NCBI RefSeq assembly: GCF_009914755.1
Contig: NC_060935.1
From: the human T2T-CHM13v2.0 reference genome, Homo sapiens
Length of the DNA: 64,000 nucleotides
Direction: 5' to 3' (one strand)
Numbering within the stretch: position 1 is the stretch's first letter; the number at the start of each line of letters is the position of its first letter. The notes under the pieces were generated by a model. It was not told the DNA's origin, made no database searches, and saw nothing but the letters and a program-made list of their open reading frames with translations. The position numbers were made by a program, and so were the translations under genes. Below, one piece after another: positions 1 through 15,078 of this stretch.

Positions 1-229
1 AGCATGTTTATGTTCCTGCAAGTTCAGGCCATTGTCTAAAGCCAGCCTTCAAATTTCTAAGTAAATGCTTTCCCCATACCAACAAACGCCAATCTGGAAT
101 TATTTATTTTGGAGTAGCACCAAATTCATAACTTAATCCGAATAGGAAAAGGTTATGCAGCATAGGAAAAGAGAAAGAACTTTTTATGACTTGTCAAAAT
201 ATGAATACCAGCAACTCATTTTTATTTTA

Positions 230-394
230 TTCTTAAAATTTATTTTAGAGACAGTGTTTCTGTCTGTCACCCAGGCTGGAGTGTAGTGGTGCCATCATAG
301 CTCACAGTAGCCTCGATCTCCTGGACTCAAGCCATCCTCCCACCTCAGTCTCCCAAAGCGCTAGGATTACAGACATGAGCCACCATGCCTGGCC
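230..394 (-). mobile_element. Alu monomer (FAM/FRAM- or AluJ-derived)
   Basis: Minus strand reads GGCCAGGCATGGTGGCTCATG...CTCCAGCCTGGGTGACAGA followed by an A-rich tail. Flanked by direct repeat TCATTTTTATTTTA (216-229 / 395-408). Confidence 0.85.
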
Positions 395-408
395 TCATTT
401 TTATTTTA

Positions 409-606
<198 letters not shown>

Positions 607-809
607 TCAAAGCACTGGCGGTGATTGATTTCTTTTATCATAGTCATCGGGACCTAATTGAATAAATTCTTCTCATGAACTATCCACTTCCTTTAGAACA
701 AGGTTATGTTCTCACAAAGCTACCAAGTCAGCTTTTGTCCAGAACCTGAAGACCTTCAAACGACAATGAAATAATACATCACATCCATCAGGTAAGCAAA
801 ATAAATAAA

Positions 810-1225
810 CAAAAATCTGATAGTACCAAAGCTGGTAAGGAGGTGGGATATAGGAAACTTTCATGTATCTACCTCTGGTAGGTGGTAAACTGGAGAACAA
901 TTTGGTAATATCTAGTAAAGGTAAAGTGAGGAACATTCTACAACCCATCAATTCCATATCTTGGAATATACTCTAGAAAAATTCTCGCAAACGTTCACAA
1001 GTAGACATTGACAACAAATATTCACTGCAATAGTTGGTAACAGCAAAACAGACACAACCAAAACACCTGGAAGCAATTTAAAAAGTATATCAATAAAAAG
1101 ATGGATTTTGAAAACTATGACTTAATCAATACAATGCAGCAACTCACAGTAGTAAAAGTGAATGGACCAGCTCTACATATTTCCATATGGATAAGTCTTT
1201 ACAATACAAGATGGAGTGAAATTTC
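810..1225 (+). mobile_element. Old L1M (L1ME-like) 3' fragment
   Basis: Degenerate L1 3' motifs (CAATTCCATATCTTGGAATATACTCTAGAAAAATTCTC; ATATTCACTGCAATAGTTGGTAACAGCAAAA). Boundaries approximate. Confidence 0.6.
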
Positions 1226-1449
1226 CTGTAGCTCAGGTGAACTGAGCTGTCCCTCAAGTTCAATCATTGACCAGGAAAAACACTTTCTCAACCGTATTTT
1301 CAAAGCAGTGTTTTTAATCATATGGACATGGCCTCAGGTATTCTATGAGGCTGAACTATTGATTTTATGCCAGCAAAGAAACTTTTCCTACAGGGTCTCA
1401 TGATTTAGGTGCACCTGTAGTATGTGAAGGGAGTCACTTGTACTATCAA

Positions 1450-1800
1450 CGATGGACTACAACAGGTACAAGCAGAAAACAACCCAAAAAGTATCTGCCA
1501 ATCACAAGTGTATAAAAGCAGCAGTAACCCAGTTAAAGGAATGCAGATAAGTAGTTTTAATGAGAATGTGTTAGTCAAAGGAAATCTGGAAGACAGTCTT
1601 CAAGAACTCAGATTGCACTGTTGCTACCAACACAGTAAAAGGCTTGAGAAGTGTTTTGTTTTTCTTTACTAAAGAAATCTAATCAAAGGATCAATAATCA
1701 GAGTTTTTACCCAAATGCTTTTTAGTCCTATGTGGCATTTGAAAGGAAGTCATCCAAACTAGAAAGTGCTTACAAGAAATCAGGGGGAAAAATCTTCCTA
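1450..1800 (+). mobile_element. Possible ancient CR1/L3 LINE fragment
   Basis: Weak resemblance to CR1 RT-region consensus (e.g. GTCATCCAAACTAGAAAGTGCTTACAAGAAATC). Judged by eye only. Confidence 0.3.
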
Positions 1801-1824
1801 ATTAAAGTGTAGACGTATACAGGT

Positions 1825-2050
1825 GGCTTGGCACAATGGAAAGTCAGAACTGAGTCAATTCTGCCTCTCCCACGTATGAGCTGGTAGTACTTTGGGCAAT
1901 TCATTTAATGGTTCTCATCCCCAGTTTTTTAAAAAATAAAATAGAACTTCTTACGGTTTTGCTGGGAGGATTACAGAGGTAACACATGTAAAGTACATAT
2001 GTACAGGGCTTGGTAAATAAGAAGGGTCCAAGAAATGGTAGAGATTATAA
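1825..2050 (+). mobile_element. MIR SINE
   Basis: Degenerate MIR core (TTTGGGCAATTCATTTAA...CCCCAGTTTT...GGAGGATTACAGAGGTAACACATGTAAAGTAC). Confidence 0.6.
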
Positions 2051-2059
2051 TGATAATGA

Positions 2060-2485
<426 letters not shown>

Positions 2486-4339
2486 TAATGGGAAAGCAAC
2501 AAAAAAATTATGCAAATGGATCAAAAGTCTAGAAAGCACTTAGTGGCAAAATGTAGTTTCTTGCACTTAGATGATAACTAGCCACTCTATTTTATTATTG
2601 TAATTTTTCTGGCTTTGATTTACCTTATTGTTTGCACATTATTGATCAGCAGAGAGCTGACTATATGGACTACATTATACTGGACCCCTGCGGAATTATT
2701 CTTATGGAAGTACCCTTTGGTAAGATGTTATTAGCTGAGATGGAGCCCAGTGAAACTCACTAGCTCCATTGTAAAGACAGTTTTTGACAATGAGGTTCAG
2801 TGCATCGCATCTTACATTGTCCATTCCCAGGTCTCTGGGGAAAATGGCTATCTGACCTTAGAGCCAAAAATAGCTAAAAATATCTTGAGCAATTAATTTT
2901 ATCCTATAGATACTGGGAACTGACAAGGTTCTTTTCCTTTTTTGAATCAATATCTGGAGAGCTAAATTTGAGATCTATTGGATAAATGCGTTATGTCATC
3001 ACTGTGTGCATTTTTAACCCTGCTCTGGAGTTCTCTTTGTTCCTGTCCTTGTTTTTCTTCTCCTTTCACCCTATTTTTAGCTAAAAACACACACACATAT
3101 ATAGATACACAGATACATATACCTACACTACAACATAGTGCTCCAGACTAATCTATACAAGAAATTATGCAATGTATTGTCACTCTGGGTGGTCTGAGAA
3201 TAGATTAATACAGTGCTGACTAGTCAAAAGTTTTGTTTTTCCCATGAAACCTTCATATACACGTTTAAATGCAGCTCTTAAAAAGGCAGTTAAGTTGTTA
3301 ACTCTCATCTAGATCCTAAATACGTGTTTTTCCCAATACATCATTTCTAATATACTGTTTTGCACCTCAGGAATTGAGGTATTAAAGTGCTGCTTGAGAC
3401 ATGCTGGGAAAATTCTGGAAAGTAACTTGCAAAAATAGAAACAGTTCAAGAAAGCAATTTTATGTTCCATTTTCCTGGTGGGATACTATCTGCGATGGGG
3501 CAGCACTGTTTATGTGTAAGCAAAAATCTACTCTGTATGCTGAAAGAAAGACAAAAGCAACTCCAATGTGAGACACTAAGCAGGAACACTCAGGAGATTA
3601 TTTTCTGGGGCTGAGAGTCAAGGCCTTGCACTTTTTCAGTCATCGTCATCTTTATGCGTGAAGGACCATCATAACACTTTTTGCCTTCCTTTTGCTCTCT
3701 GGTGTGTCTGCTTTTATTTTTAAAATTATAGATATTAAGCCTCGCCATGGGTTCAAGAGCACAACTTAACTCACTCAAATTATGTCCCCTGTCCCTGACT
3801 AAGAGGAGTGCACATAATTCAGCATTATGACCCAGAGCGAGGTGAGGGGGCCTCAGCTCTGAGCCAACGTGTGCTTCCCTCTTTTAGGAAAGGCACATTG
3901 ACACGCCCCCCACCCCCCCCCACCAAATCCCCCCTGCATGGAGTGTTTTGCTTCATAACTCTTGGTAATTCTGCAGTTTGCTTTTTGCAATTGTTTCTGG
4001 GCCAAATCCTGGTGAGGTGCTATGAAGATGGATGTGACTTCATGAGGAAAGAATGTGAATTTTTAGCCTAAAAGAAAGGTGAGGTAAGGGCCCTTCTTTC
4101 ATGCTTTCGTTTTCCTCCAAATGCTGAATTGACTTTTTTTTTCCAGATGCATAATTAATGAAGAAGAAGGGAGGGCAGAGTCTTGTGAAGAAATCTGCAG
4201 AGACATTTCTCAGGAGTTTGTAGGATTAGGATTAGCTGCCATGAAACAGGACACAGAAGTCCCCATTCTTCCCTGAAAAGGATAGAACACACGGCTTGTG
4301 CCTTATTCCCTTCAGGACATATCATTCCAATGAGAGCCA

Positions 4340-4900
4340 GATACAGCCTAGTGGTTAACACACTGCCTCTGCACTCAGGCTCCTGGATTCAAATCCCAAC
4401 TCTACCATTTTATAACATGTGCTTTCAACAAATTGCAGCGCTTTAACTTCACTAAGCCTAGTTTTTTCAACTATAAAATGGGAATGACAATATGAGTACT
4501 TATTTCATAAGGTGGTTATAAGAATTTATTTTTTTTTAGAGCTAGGGTCCTACTCTGTCTCCTAGACTGGAGGGCAGTGGCACAATCATAGCTCACTGCA
4601 GCTTTGAATTCCTGGACTCAAGGAATCCTCCCACCTCAGCTTCCCTCCCAGGTAGCTGGGATTACAGGCATGCACCACCATGCCTTGCTAATTCTTTTTA
4701 TTTTTGTAAATATGGAGTCTTGCTAAGTTGCCCAGGCTGGTCTTGCACTCCTGGTCTCAAGAAATCCTCCCACCTTGGTCTCCCAAAGTGACATGAGCCA
4801 TTGCACCCAGTGTTTATACGGATTAAGTAGCATAATCTCTATAACACATTTAGGGCAGTACCCATGCATATTAAGCACCAAAAGATGCCAGCCATCATTA
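4340..4900 (+). mobile_element. MIR interrupted by an Alu
   Basis: CCTAGTGGTTAACACAC...GGATTCAAATCCCAACTCTACCATTT...CTATAAAATGGGAATGACAAT. The MIR 3' part resumes after 4811. Confidence 0.7.
4525..4811 (-). mobile_element. AluJ
   Basis: J-type diagnostic sequence (ATCATAGCTCACTGCAGC; CTCAAGGAATCCTCCCACCTCAGC). Confidence 0.92.
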
Positions 4901-4940
4901 TTTATAGGGTCAAAATCACTTTAAGTATGGTTGATCCACA

Positions 4941-5057
4941 AATTTTTCATTTTTATTTAAAAAAATGAAAATTTTTTTTTTCATTTTTATTTAAAAAAAT
5001 GAAAATTTTTTTTTTCATTTTTATTTAAAAAAATGAAAAAATTTTTTTTCATTTTTC
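4941..5057. repeat. AT-rich 34-bp tandem repeat (~3.3 copies) with palindromic unit
   Basis: CAT recurs at 4948, 4982, 5016 and 5050. Unit is CATTTTTATTTAAAAAAATGAAAATTTTTTTTTT. Confidence 0.92.
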
Positions 5058-5545
5058 AATTACATAAATTCTTATTTATTTAATGAAAAAATATTCTTCA
5101 TGCTCCCACAAAATAGGGTCATTGTTACACATTTAGTATAAAGTGATTAAAAATTAGTATTTTTAAAATTATAGGTAGTGATGCATTTTTTTAAAGTAGC
5201 ACCTATGTGTTTGAGAACTGTTGTTTATTCAGGGTTTGGTGCACGGGGGGATTTGCAGACCCCTTGTGAAGAACTCTCCAGGCCCCTCTGAGCCTGAGTC
5301 CACATCTAGAGAAACCTTGCCTCCCTGCAATCCTGTGTCTGGTGGAGCAGTAGTCAGTTACTTGGTAAAAGGTGTCCATGACAAAGGGTTCCAAGGCCAA
5401 ACATACTGCACAAAATATACTTAAGCCATTATTTTCTTTTGCAGAACTTGGCGGAGCATTTATAATGCAAATGTGTACAGTGACTCTCCAAGAGGGTGAT
5501 ATGGGATGGTGCCTTTCACAGACATTTTTGACAAGAGCTGTGGCG

Positions 5546-5582
5546 TGTGTGCATGTATGTGTGCATGTGTGTTTGTGTGTGT
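5546..5582. repeat. Imperfect (TG)n microsatellite
   Basis: GTGTGTGCATGTATGTGTGCATGTGTGTTTGTGTGTGT. Confidence 0.75.
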
Positions 5583-5888
5583 AAAGCACCTGTAGCAACT
5601 TGGGAACATGAAGGCTTGAAAACGCACCTTTCTTGGACCTCCTCTTCCTGCATGTCAGTAGCTTGTAAAGCTTCTCTGCTGCTTTAGTACTACTGTTTGC
5701 CAGCACTGCTGTCGGCCCTCATGCTACCCATTCCAGGTACTACAGAGCTGCCCCTCTTAGGATACTATGATCCTTTGAATGAACTCTGCAAAGTATTGCT
5801 TCACTCTTTGAGATTACAAACTCTTGGGTGAAGAGAGTTGGAGAAAATTCCCAAGGTATGGCCCGGAGGGGTTTGATCCCTAACCTGT

Positions 5889-6262
5889 TGATATGGGTTG
5901 GCTGTGTCCCCGCCCAAATCTCATCTTGAGTTGTAGTTCCCATAATCCCCATGTGTCATGAGAGGGATCTGTTGGGAAGTAATTGAATCATGGGGACGGT
6001 TACCCCCATGCTTCTGTTCTTATGATAGTGAGTTCTCATGAGATCTGATGGTTTTATAAGGGGCTTTTCCCCTTTTGCTCAGCACTTCTCCTTCCTGCCA
6101 TCATGTGAAGAAGGACATGTTTGCTTCCCCTTCCACCATAATTGTAAGTTTCCTGAGGCATCCCCAGCCATGCTGAACTGTAAGTCAATTAAACCTCTTT
6201 CCTTTATAAACTACCCAGTCTTGGGTATGTTTTTATTAGCAGCATGAGGACAGACTAATACA
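5889..6262 (+). mobile_element. THE1 (THE1C-like) solo LTR, ERVL-MaLR
   Basis: TGATATGG...GACTAATACA termini with a perfect 5-bp TSD CCTGT (5884-5888 / 6263-6267). Confidence 0.95.
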
Positions 6263-6519
6263 CCTGTATAAGCTTTCCTCCCTTGCACACCACACTATGG
6301 TGACTCAAAAGGATCTGAGCACCTTGACTCTTATCTCCCTCCCAGGTAAATTCTCTACTCATTCCGGAAGCTGGGAAAATCTTTCCCCACTTATTTTTAG
6401 TGTGCTTTAATTTCATTATCTTCTTACCCTGCTGGCAACAAGAATACCAACTTCTCATATAATAAGGCTCCCAGCAACCTGTTCCAGAGTTTCTCAAGGG
6501 GACAAACTATTAACCTTTT

Positions 6520-7800
6520 TCCTATTTTTCATTAAAGACATATTTATAGAGTGCCTATCTGAGCTAGGTATCTATAGAGATAGAGATAAGTATATTTTGG
6601 AGGTAGACAGCATTTGGTAGAATCAAAAATGATTCCATCTTACTGGATTCTTTAGTAACTGGTGTGGAAAGTGATACTGTTTACTAAAATAGGGAAGATT
6701 AGATTGGGAAAGGAGGAAGGGAGGGGACTGAGATTTCTCGCTGGGGCATGTTAAATTTGAGATGCATATGGGCTATCTAAGTGGAAATATTTAATAGGCA
6801 GTTGGATATGCAAGTCTGGATATGCAAGTCTGGTGGCCCAGAGATGTCTGGGCTCCTTATTTAGAATTTATCAACATGAAGATGTTATTTAAATTAGGGC
6901 AATAAATGACATGACCTAAGGAGAAACTGGAGCAAGAAAAGAGAGAAGAAGCCTTAGAACTGAACCCTAAGCAACTCTAACATTTGGAAGTAGGATACAG
7001 GAGGAAAACTAAAAAGGAGCAGTCAGTGTGAAAGAGGAAAACCAGAAGCAAGTGATGTATAAGGGCCAAAAAGAAGGGAGGGGCTAAGTGAATCAAATGC
7101 TACTATGAATTTAAAGTGAACACAGCTAACTAACCATTGGCAAGCCTCGCAAGCATGGTTTCAGTGGAGAGTGGTAGAAAGAGAATCCAGATTGGAGTAA
7201 ACTGAAGAGTGAATGGTGAGAGAGGAAGCAGAGTTAACATGTGCAGTGACTATTTTAAAGGAATTTTGCTGAGAGGGGAGCATAAAAATAGAGCAGTAGA
7301 GAAGAGGGTACAGCATGTGAAGTCAATAAGGGAAATACTAGAGCATGCTGACACTGCGATGGCAATGATCTACTAGAGACAAGAGATGGTAACGCATGAA
7401 AAGAAGGGGGAAGTCGAACGGTGGAAAGAAAAACTCCAAACACAAATGGTGGAACTGGCCTTTGATAGGTGAAGGGACAGGCCCTTCATTTTAACAGAAG
7501 GAGAAAGGGGCTGGGTGCAGGTCGGCAAGGAGGAAGAAGATAAGTACATCACACTGATGGCATTTATTTTTCCTAATGTGCTCTGAAGTGAGCTCAGCAG
7601 GAAGATGAGGGACACGGGAAAGTGAGGAGACACAAAGTCATCTTAAGGAGTGAAGGAAATCAGTAAGATGAGCAAGCAGTACCAAGTACCCGTTTACAGT
7701 TGGAGATGAGGTTAAAGAGCAGCCAGTCAGCTCAGGTGTGTGATTCTCCCTGACAGTGTTCAGCAACTCTGGTACTGGCACAGTTAGGTTTACCTCAGGT
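6520..7800 (-). mobile_element. L2 LINE fragments
   Basis: GGGCATGTTAAATTTGAGATG...TAATAGGCAGTTGGATATGCAAGTCTGG is the reverse complement of an L2 consensus segment. Confidence 0.75.
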
Positions 7801-9977
7801 CTTGCCCTGCAAGATGGACAGAGAACAACAAGAGGGGACTAGAATTGGGGATATTTGCAAGGGAGTGTATGGACAGGGCCCCAGGTTCTGTAAATTCTTG
7901 AGTCTTGTCCTGCCATAGCCATATAACCAATTCTTCACTTCCTTTTCCCCACTATAATATTTGCTGTACATATATATCAAATATATACACATACACATAC
8001 ATATGTACACACACATGTAAGAGACAAGGACGTTCTTTCTTTTGTGAGGCCTTTGCCTTAAACCTTCTCCTTGACAAATTCTGGGTCTAATGGGGTCACA
8101 TATAAAAAAAGATACTTATAAAAGCTATAATAGAAGAATGAATAAAGGATTTGGGAACATAATGGAAGGAGCAATTCAATTTTGTCTGGTAGGTGGGGCT
8201 GTCTTCACAGATAAATGGACGTATCGTGTCTTCTCAGATTTAAAGACAAGAGCTTTCATTTAGGTCTTGATGTTCAATAGAAACTCACTTAAGAAGATAG
8301 AAAGAATTTAATAGCTAACATTTATTTAATGTTTAACTATGTGCCAAGCACTAAGAACTTTACATACTTTAGCCATTTAATCTATGAATAAGTTCTATTT
8401 TTATCCCTATTTTTCTGGCAAGGATTAGAGATGTTGATTACTTTTCTATGAAGTGGCCCATATGGGACTGAAACCCAGGTCTTCCTGATGTTGAAAGCCT
8501 AGAAGAGGGAACAGCACCAGCAAAGGCCCAAGGAATGTGAAAATGCATGAGATGTTCATGTAAGGGAAAACCTGGGGTGATGGGAGACAACAAATAGAAA
8601 CTCAGGTAAGAAAATGCTAGATGGTAATTCAAACCTGTATGAAGATATAAAGATCTCCAGTGAAGGTAAATACATGGGAAAATATAAAAGCCAGTATTAC
8701 TGCAATCTTGTGTTGCAACTTCACTTTTTATTTTCTACAGGATTTAAAAGACAAATGCATAAAAATAATTATAAATCTATATTAATGGGTATAGGGATGT
8801 AATTTGTTATATTAGTAACAATAAGGGCAGAGCTGTAAAGGAGCAAAGGGTTTGTATGTGATTGAAGTTAGGTTGGTATCAATTTAAAACAGATTTATAT
8901 AACTTTAGGATGTTATAGGTAATCCCAGTTATAACCACAGAGAAAATATCTATAGATTATAGACATCTATAGATTATAGACAAAAGGACGTGAAAAGGGA
9001 ATCAAAATATGTCACTACCAAAAAGCAACTAAATAGAAGAGAAGGTGGTAATGGAGGTAATGAAAAACAAAAAGTTTAAGACATATGGAAAACAAATAAC
9101 AAATGGCAAAAGTTAGTCCTTTTCTATCAGGAATTAACCTCCCAATTAAAAAAGTATAGATTAGTGGAAGGGTTTTTTTTAAAAAAACAGAATCCAATGA
9201 TACTCTCTACAAGACACCCCATCATAAGTTGAGAAACATCTGTATAAAAGAGTATTAGGAAGAGTTGTATACCAACAAAGTGGATAAGTGAGATGAAATG
9301 GACACTGTTATAGAAACATACAATCTACCAAGACTAAATCATGAAGAAATTACAATTTTGAATAGACCTATAATTAGAAAAGAGATTGAATTAATAATCA
9401 AAAACTTCCCAACAAACAAAACCCCAGACCAGATGGAATCATTTAATTCTACCAAACATTTAAAGAACTACACCAATCCTTCTCAAACTCTTCTAAAAAA
9501 TTGAAGAGGAAGGAATACTGCCTAACTCATTCTATGAGACCAGTTTATGTTAATACCAAAATTAGACAACGATACTACAAGAAAACACAAACCAATATTC
9601 CTTAGAAATATTGATGCAAAAACCCTCAACAAAATGTTAGCAAACCTAATTTAAAGTATATCACAACGATTATACACCAAGATCAAGGTGAATTTTTCCC
9701 CAGAAGGCAAAGATGGGTTAGAATATGAAAAATCAATGTAATTCTACCACATTAACAAAATAAAGGAAAAAAGACACACCATTGTCTAAACTGATGCAGA
9801 AAAATAATCTGACAAAATTCAACACCCTTCCATGATAAAACACTTAAAAAGAAAAACAGGAATAGAAGGAAACTACCTCAACATAATAAAGGCCATATGT
9901 GAAAAATCCACTGCTAATATCATATTCAATGGTGAAAGACTGAAAGCTTTTCTTCCAAGATTAACAACAAGACAAGG

Positions 9978-10295
9978 GGCCGGGCGCGGTGGCTCATGCC
10001 TGTAATCCCAGCACTTTGGGAAGCCAAGTCAGGAGTTTGACACCAGGCTGACTAACATGGCAAAACCCTGTATCTACTAAAAATACAAAAATTTTTGTAT
10101 TTTTACAAAATTTTTTTTTGTAAAATGGGCATGGTGGTGCATACCTGTAATCCCAGCTACTCAGGAGGCTGAGGCAGGAGAATCACTTGAATTTGGGAGG
10201 CGGAGGTTGCAGTGAGCCAAGACCGAGCCATTGCATTCCAGCATTCCAGCCTGGGCAAAAAGAGCAAAACTCCATTAAAAAAAAAAAAAAAAAAA
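9978..10295 (+). mobile_element. AluS with rearranged central linker
   Basis: GGCCGGGCGCGGTGGCTC start, poly(A) tail, TSD CAAGACAAGG (9968-9977 / 10297-10306). Confidence 0.95.
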
Positions 10296-10464
10296 TCAAG
10301 ACAAGGATGCTCACTTTTGCCACTTTTATTTAACACAGAGTTGGAAGTACTAACCAGAGCTATTAGGTTAAAAAAGGAAGAAAGAAAAGGGCATCCAAAT
10401 TATAAAGGAAGAAGTAAAAATTATCTGTTTCCAGATGACATGATCCCATATGTAGAGAACCCTA

Positions 10465-11010
<546 letters not shown>

Positions 11011-12134
11011 TTACTGAGAGAGATGAAAGAAGACACAAATAAATGAAAAGCTATTCTGTGTTCATGGATTGGAACACTTAACATTGTTAAGATGTCTATA
11101 CTGTGAAAAGTGATCTACAGATTGAATAAAATTCCGATGACTTTTTTTGTAGAAATAGAAAAATCCATCCTAAAATTAATATGGAATCTCAAGGGATCCT
11201 TAATAGCCAAAACAATCTTGAAAAAGAAGAACAAGGCTAGAGGTCTCACACTTTCTAATTTGAAAACTTGTTACAAAGCTACAGTAACCAAAACAACATG
11301 GTAGTGGCATAAAGACAGACAAAGACCAATAGAATAGAATAGAGAGCTTGGAAAAAAAACCCTTGCATATATGGTCAATTAATTTTCAACAAGGGTGCCA
11401 AGACCATTCAATGGGGAGAGGGTAGTCTTCAACAAATGGTGCTGGAAAAACTGGATATCCACATGTAAAATAATGAAGTTGAACCCTTACTTTATACCCT
11501 ATACAAAAACTAATTCAAAATGAATCAAACCTAAACATAAGAGGTAAAACCATAAGATTATTAGAAGAAAACATAGAAGAAAAGCTTCATGACATTGAAT
11601 TTGACAGTGATTTTTCAGATCTGACACCAAAAGCATAGACAATAACAACAAAATAGGTAAAGTGAACAACATCAAAATTAAAAACTTTTATGCATTAAGG
11701 AACACTATCAAGGGAGTGAAAACACAACAGAATGGAAAAAATATTTGCAAATCATATGCTTAGAAGGCATTGATATCCAGGATATAAAAAGAACTCCTAC
11801 AATTCAGCAATTACAACAAAAACAAACAACTCAATCACAAAATGGGAAAAGGACTTGACGAGACATTCTCCAAAGATATACTGATGGTCACATGTAAAGA
11901 TGCTCAAATCACTAGTCATTGAGGAAATGCAAATCAAAACCACAATGAGATACCATTTCACATCCATTACAATGGCTATTATAAAGGAGTGTTGGCTAAG
12001 GTGTAGAGAAACTGCAATCCTGCTGCATTGCTAATAGGAATGTAAAATGGTGTGGCCACTGTGGAAAACTGAATGGCAGTTCCTCAAAAGGTTCAACATA
12101 AAGTTACCATTTGACACAGCAATTCCACTTCTAT

Positions 12135-12534
12135 GTATGGTTGGTCAGTTCAGGCTGCCATAAGAAAACAGCACAGACTGCATGGCTTAAACAACAGAAA
12201 TTTATTTTCTCACAGTTCTGGAGGCAGGAAAGTCCAAGATCAAGTTTTTAGCAGGGATCTTCATGATTTGCAGACGGCCATGCTGTCCTCATATGCCCTT
12301 TCCTCTAAGAGTATACACAAGGGTGGGGAGAGTGCAAGAGCTAGCACAGCCCCTCTCTGGTATCTCTTTTCATAAGAACATTAATCCTATCAAATCAGGG
12401 TCCCACCCTTGTGACCTTATTTAACTTAATCACTTCCTTAGAGGCCCATGTCCAAATATAGCCACAGTGATTAGCCATACTGGTTAGTTCAAATATATGC
12501 ATTTTGGGGAGACACAAGCATTCATTCTATAACA
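12135..12534 (-). mobile_element. MLT1A-like solo LTR (ERVL-MaLR)
   Basis: GGCTGCCATAAGAAAACAGCACAGACTG...GGCTTAAACAACAGAAATTTATTTTCTCACAGTTCTGGAGGC...CATTCATTCTATAACA. Confidence 0.85.
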
Positions 12535-12720
12535 AGGCATATATCCATAGAATTGAAAGCAGGGACTCAAACAGGCCTCTGCACCCCAATGTTCATAGAA
12601 GCATTATTCACAATAGTCAAAAGGTGGAAAAAACACAAATGTCCATGAACAGATGGAATAGGGAAACAAAATATAGTATATCTACACAATGAAATATTAT
12701 TCAGCCTTAAAACTGAATGA

Positions 12721-13429
<709 letters not shown>

Positions 13430-13897
13430 ACTTTGAAGACATTATGCTAAGAGAAATGAGCAAGACACAAAAGGACAAATATTGTATGATTCTACTTACA
13501 TGAGATACCTAGAACAGGTGAATTCATAGGGTCAGAAAGTATATTAGAGGTTATCGGGGTGGGAGGGCAGGGGGATGAGGAGTTGTTATTTAATGGGTAC
13601 AGAGTTTTTGTTTGGAGTGATGAAAAAGTTCTGGAAATTCAGAGGAGGGATAGCTGCACAACATTGTGAATGTACTTAATGCCACTGAACTGCACACTTA
13701 AAAATGTTTAAATGGTAGATTTTATGTTTTATACATTTTATCACTTAAAAATTAAAGTTGACAACCATAACATATATCTAAATGAATACTATTAAAGAAA
13801 TATTAACACTATATTGTGCATTTTAAATATTTATGTTAAAATATATGACAGTAATCACATATAATTCAGGCAGAGGCAAATGGTGTTAAAAATCTGT

Positions 13898-14122
13898 ACA
13901 TGGCAAGACCCAGTCTCTACAAGAAATACAAAAATTAGCCAGGCATGGTGGCATGCACCTGTAGTCCCAGCTACTTGGGGGATTGAGGCGGGAGGATCAC
14001 CTGAACCTGGGGAGGTCAAGGCTGCGGTGATCCCTGATGAAGCCACTGCACTCCAGCCTGGGCAAGAGAAGTGAGACCTTGTTTCAAAAAAAGAAAACCA
14101 ACCAACCAACCAAACAAACAAA
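13898..14122 (+). mobile_element. 5'-truncated AluJ
   Basis: Starts in the left-arm 3' end. Full right arm with an (AACC)/(AAAC) tail. Confidence 0.88.
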
Positions 14123-14350
14123 AATCCTTGCATTGCCTGAGAAAATGGCAATAGTGTTAAGAAATATTAATTTTTATTATGTTCAGGATGCATATTTTAA
14201 TCTCTATATTGACCACAAAGAGAATAGTAAGGGTGTATATAACTTCCAAGCTAATAGAAGAGAAAATAGAATGAAAAATGCACTCAAATATTTAAAAGGA
14301 GAGAATTATGAACATGAAACAGGTAAAAAAAAATATGAGTTAACTAGTAA

Positions 14351-14675
<325 letters not shown>

Positions 14676-14757
14676 TCAATATTTACATTAAATATAAATA
14701 GATAAAATTCTCAAATTAACAGACAAATAATAGGCTGGATTAAAATCCAATAACACG

Positions 14758-15078
14758 GGCTAGGCGCAGTGGCTCATGCCTGTAATCCCAGCACTTTGGG
14801 AGGCCAAGGCGGGCAGATCACAAGGTCAAGAGATCAAGACCATCCTGGTGGAAATGGTGAAACCCTGTCTCTACTAAAAATACAAAAATTAGCTGGGCTT
14901 GGCAGCATGCACCTGTGATCCCAGCTACTTGGGAGGCTAAAGCAGAAGAATCACTTGAACTCAGGAGGCGAAGGTTGCAGTGAGCCGAGATCACGCCACT
15001 GCCCTCCAGCCTGGCGACAGAGACTCCATCTCAAAAAAAAAAAAAGAAAAGAAAAGAAAAAACAACAACAGCAACAAA
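14758..15078 (+). mobile_element. AluSc-like
   Basis: GGTCAAGAGATCAAGACCATCCTGG and CCAGCCTGGCGACAGAG. Flanking direct repeat CCAATAACAC (14747-14756 / 15079-15088). Confidence 0.92.
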
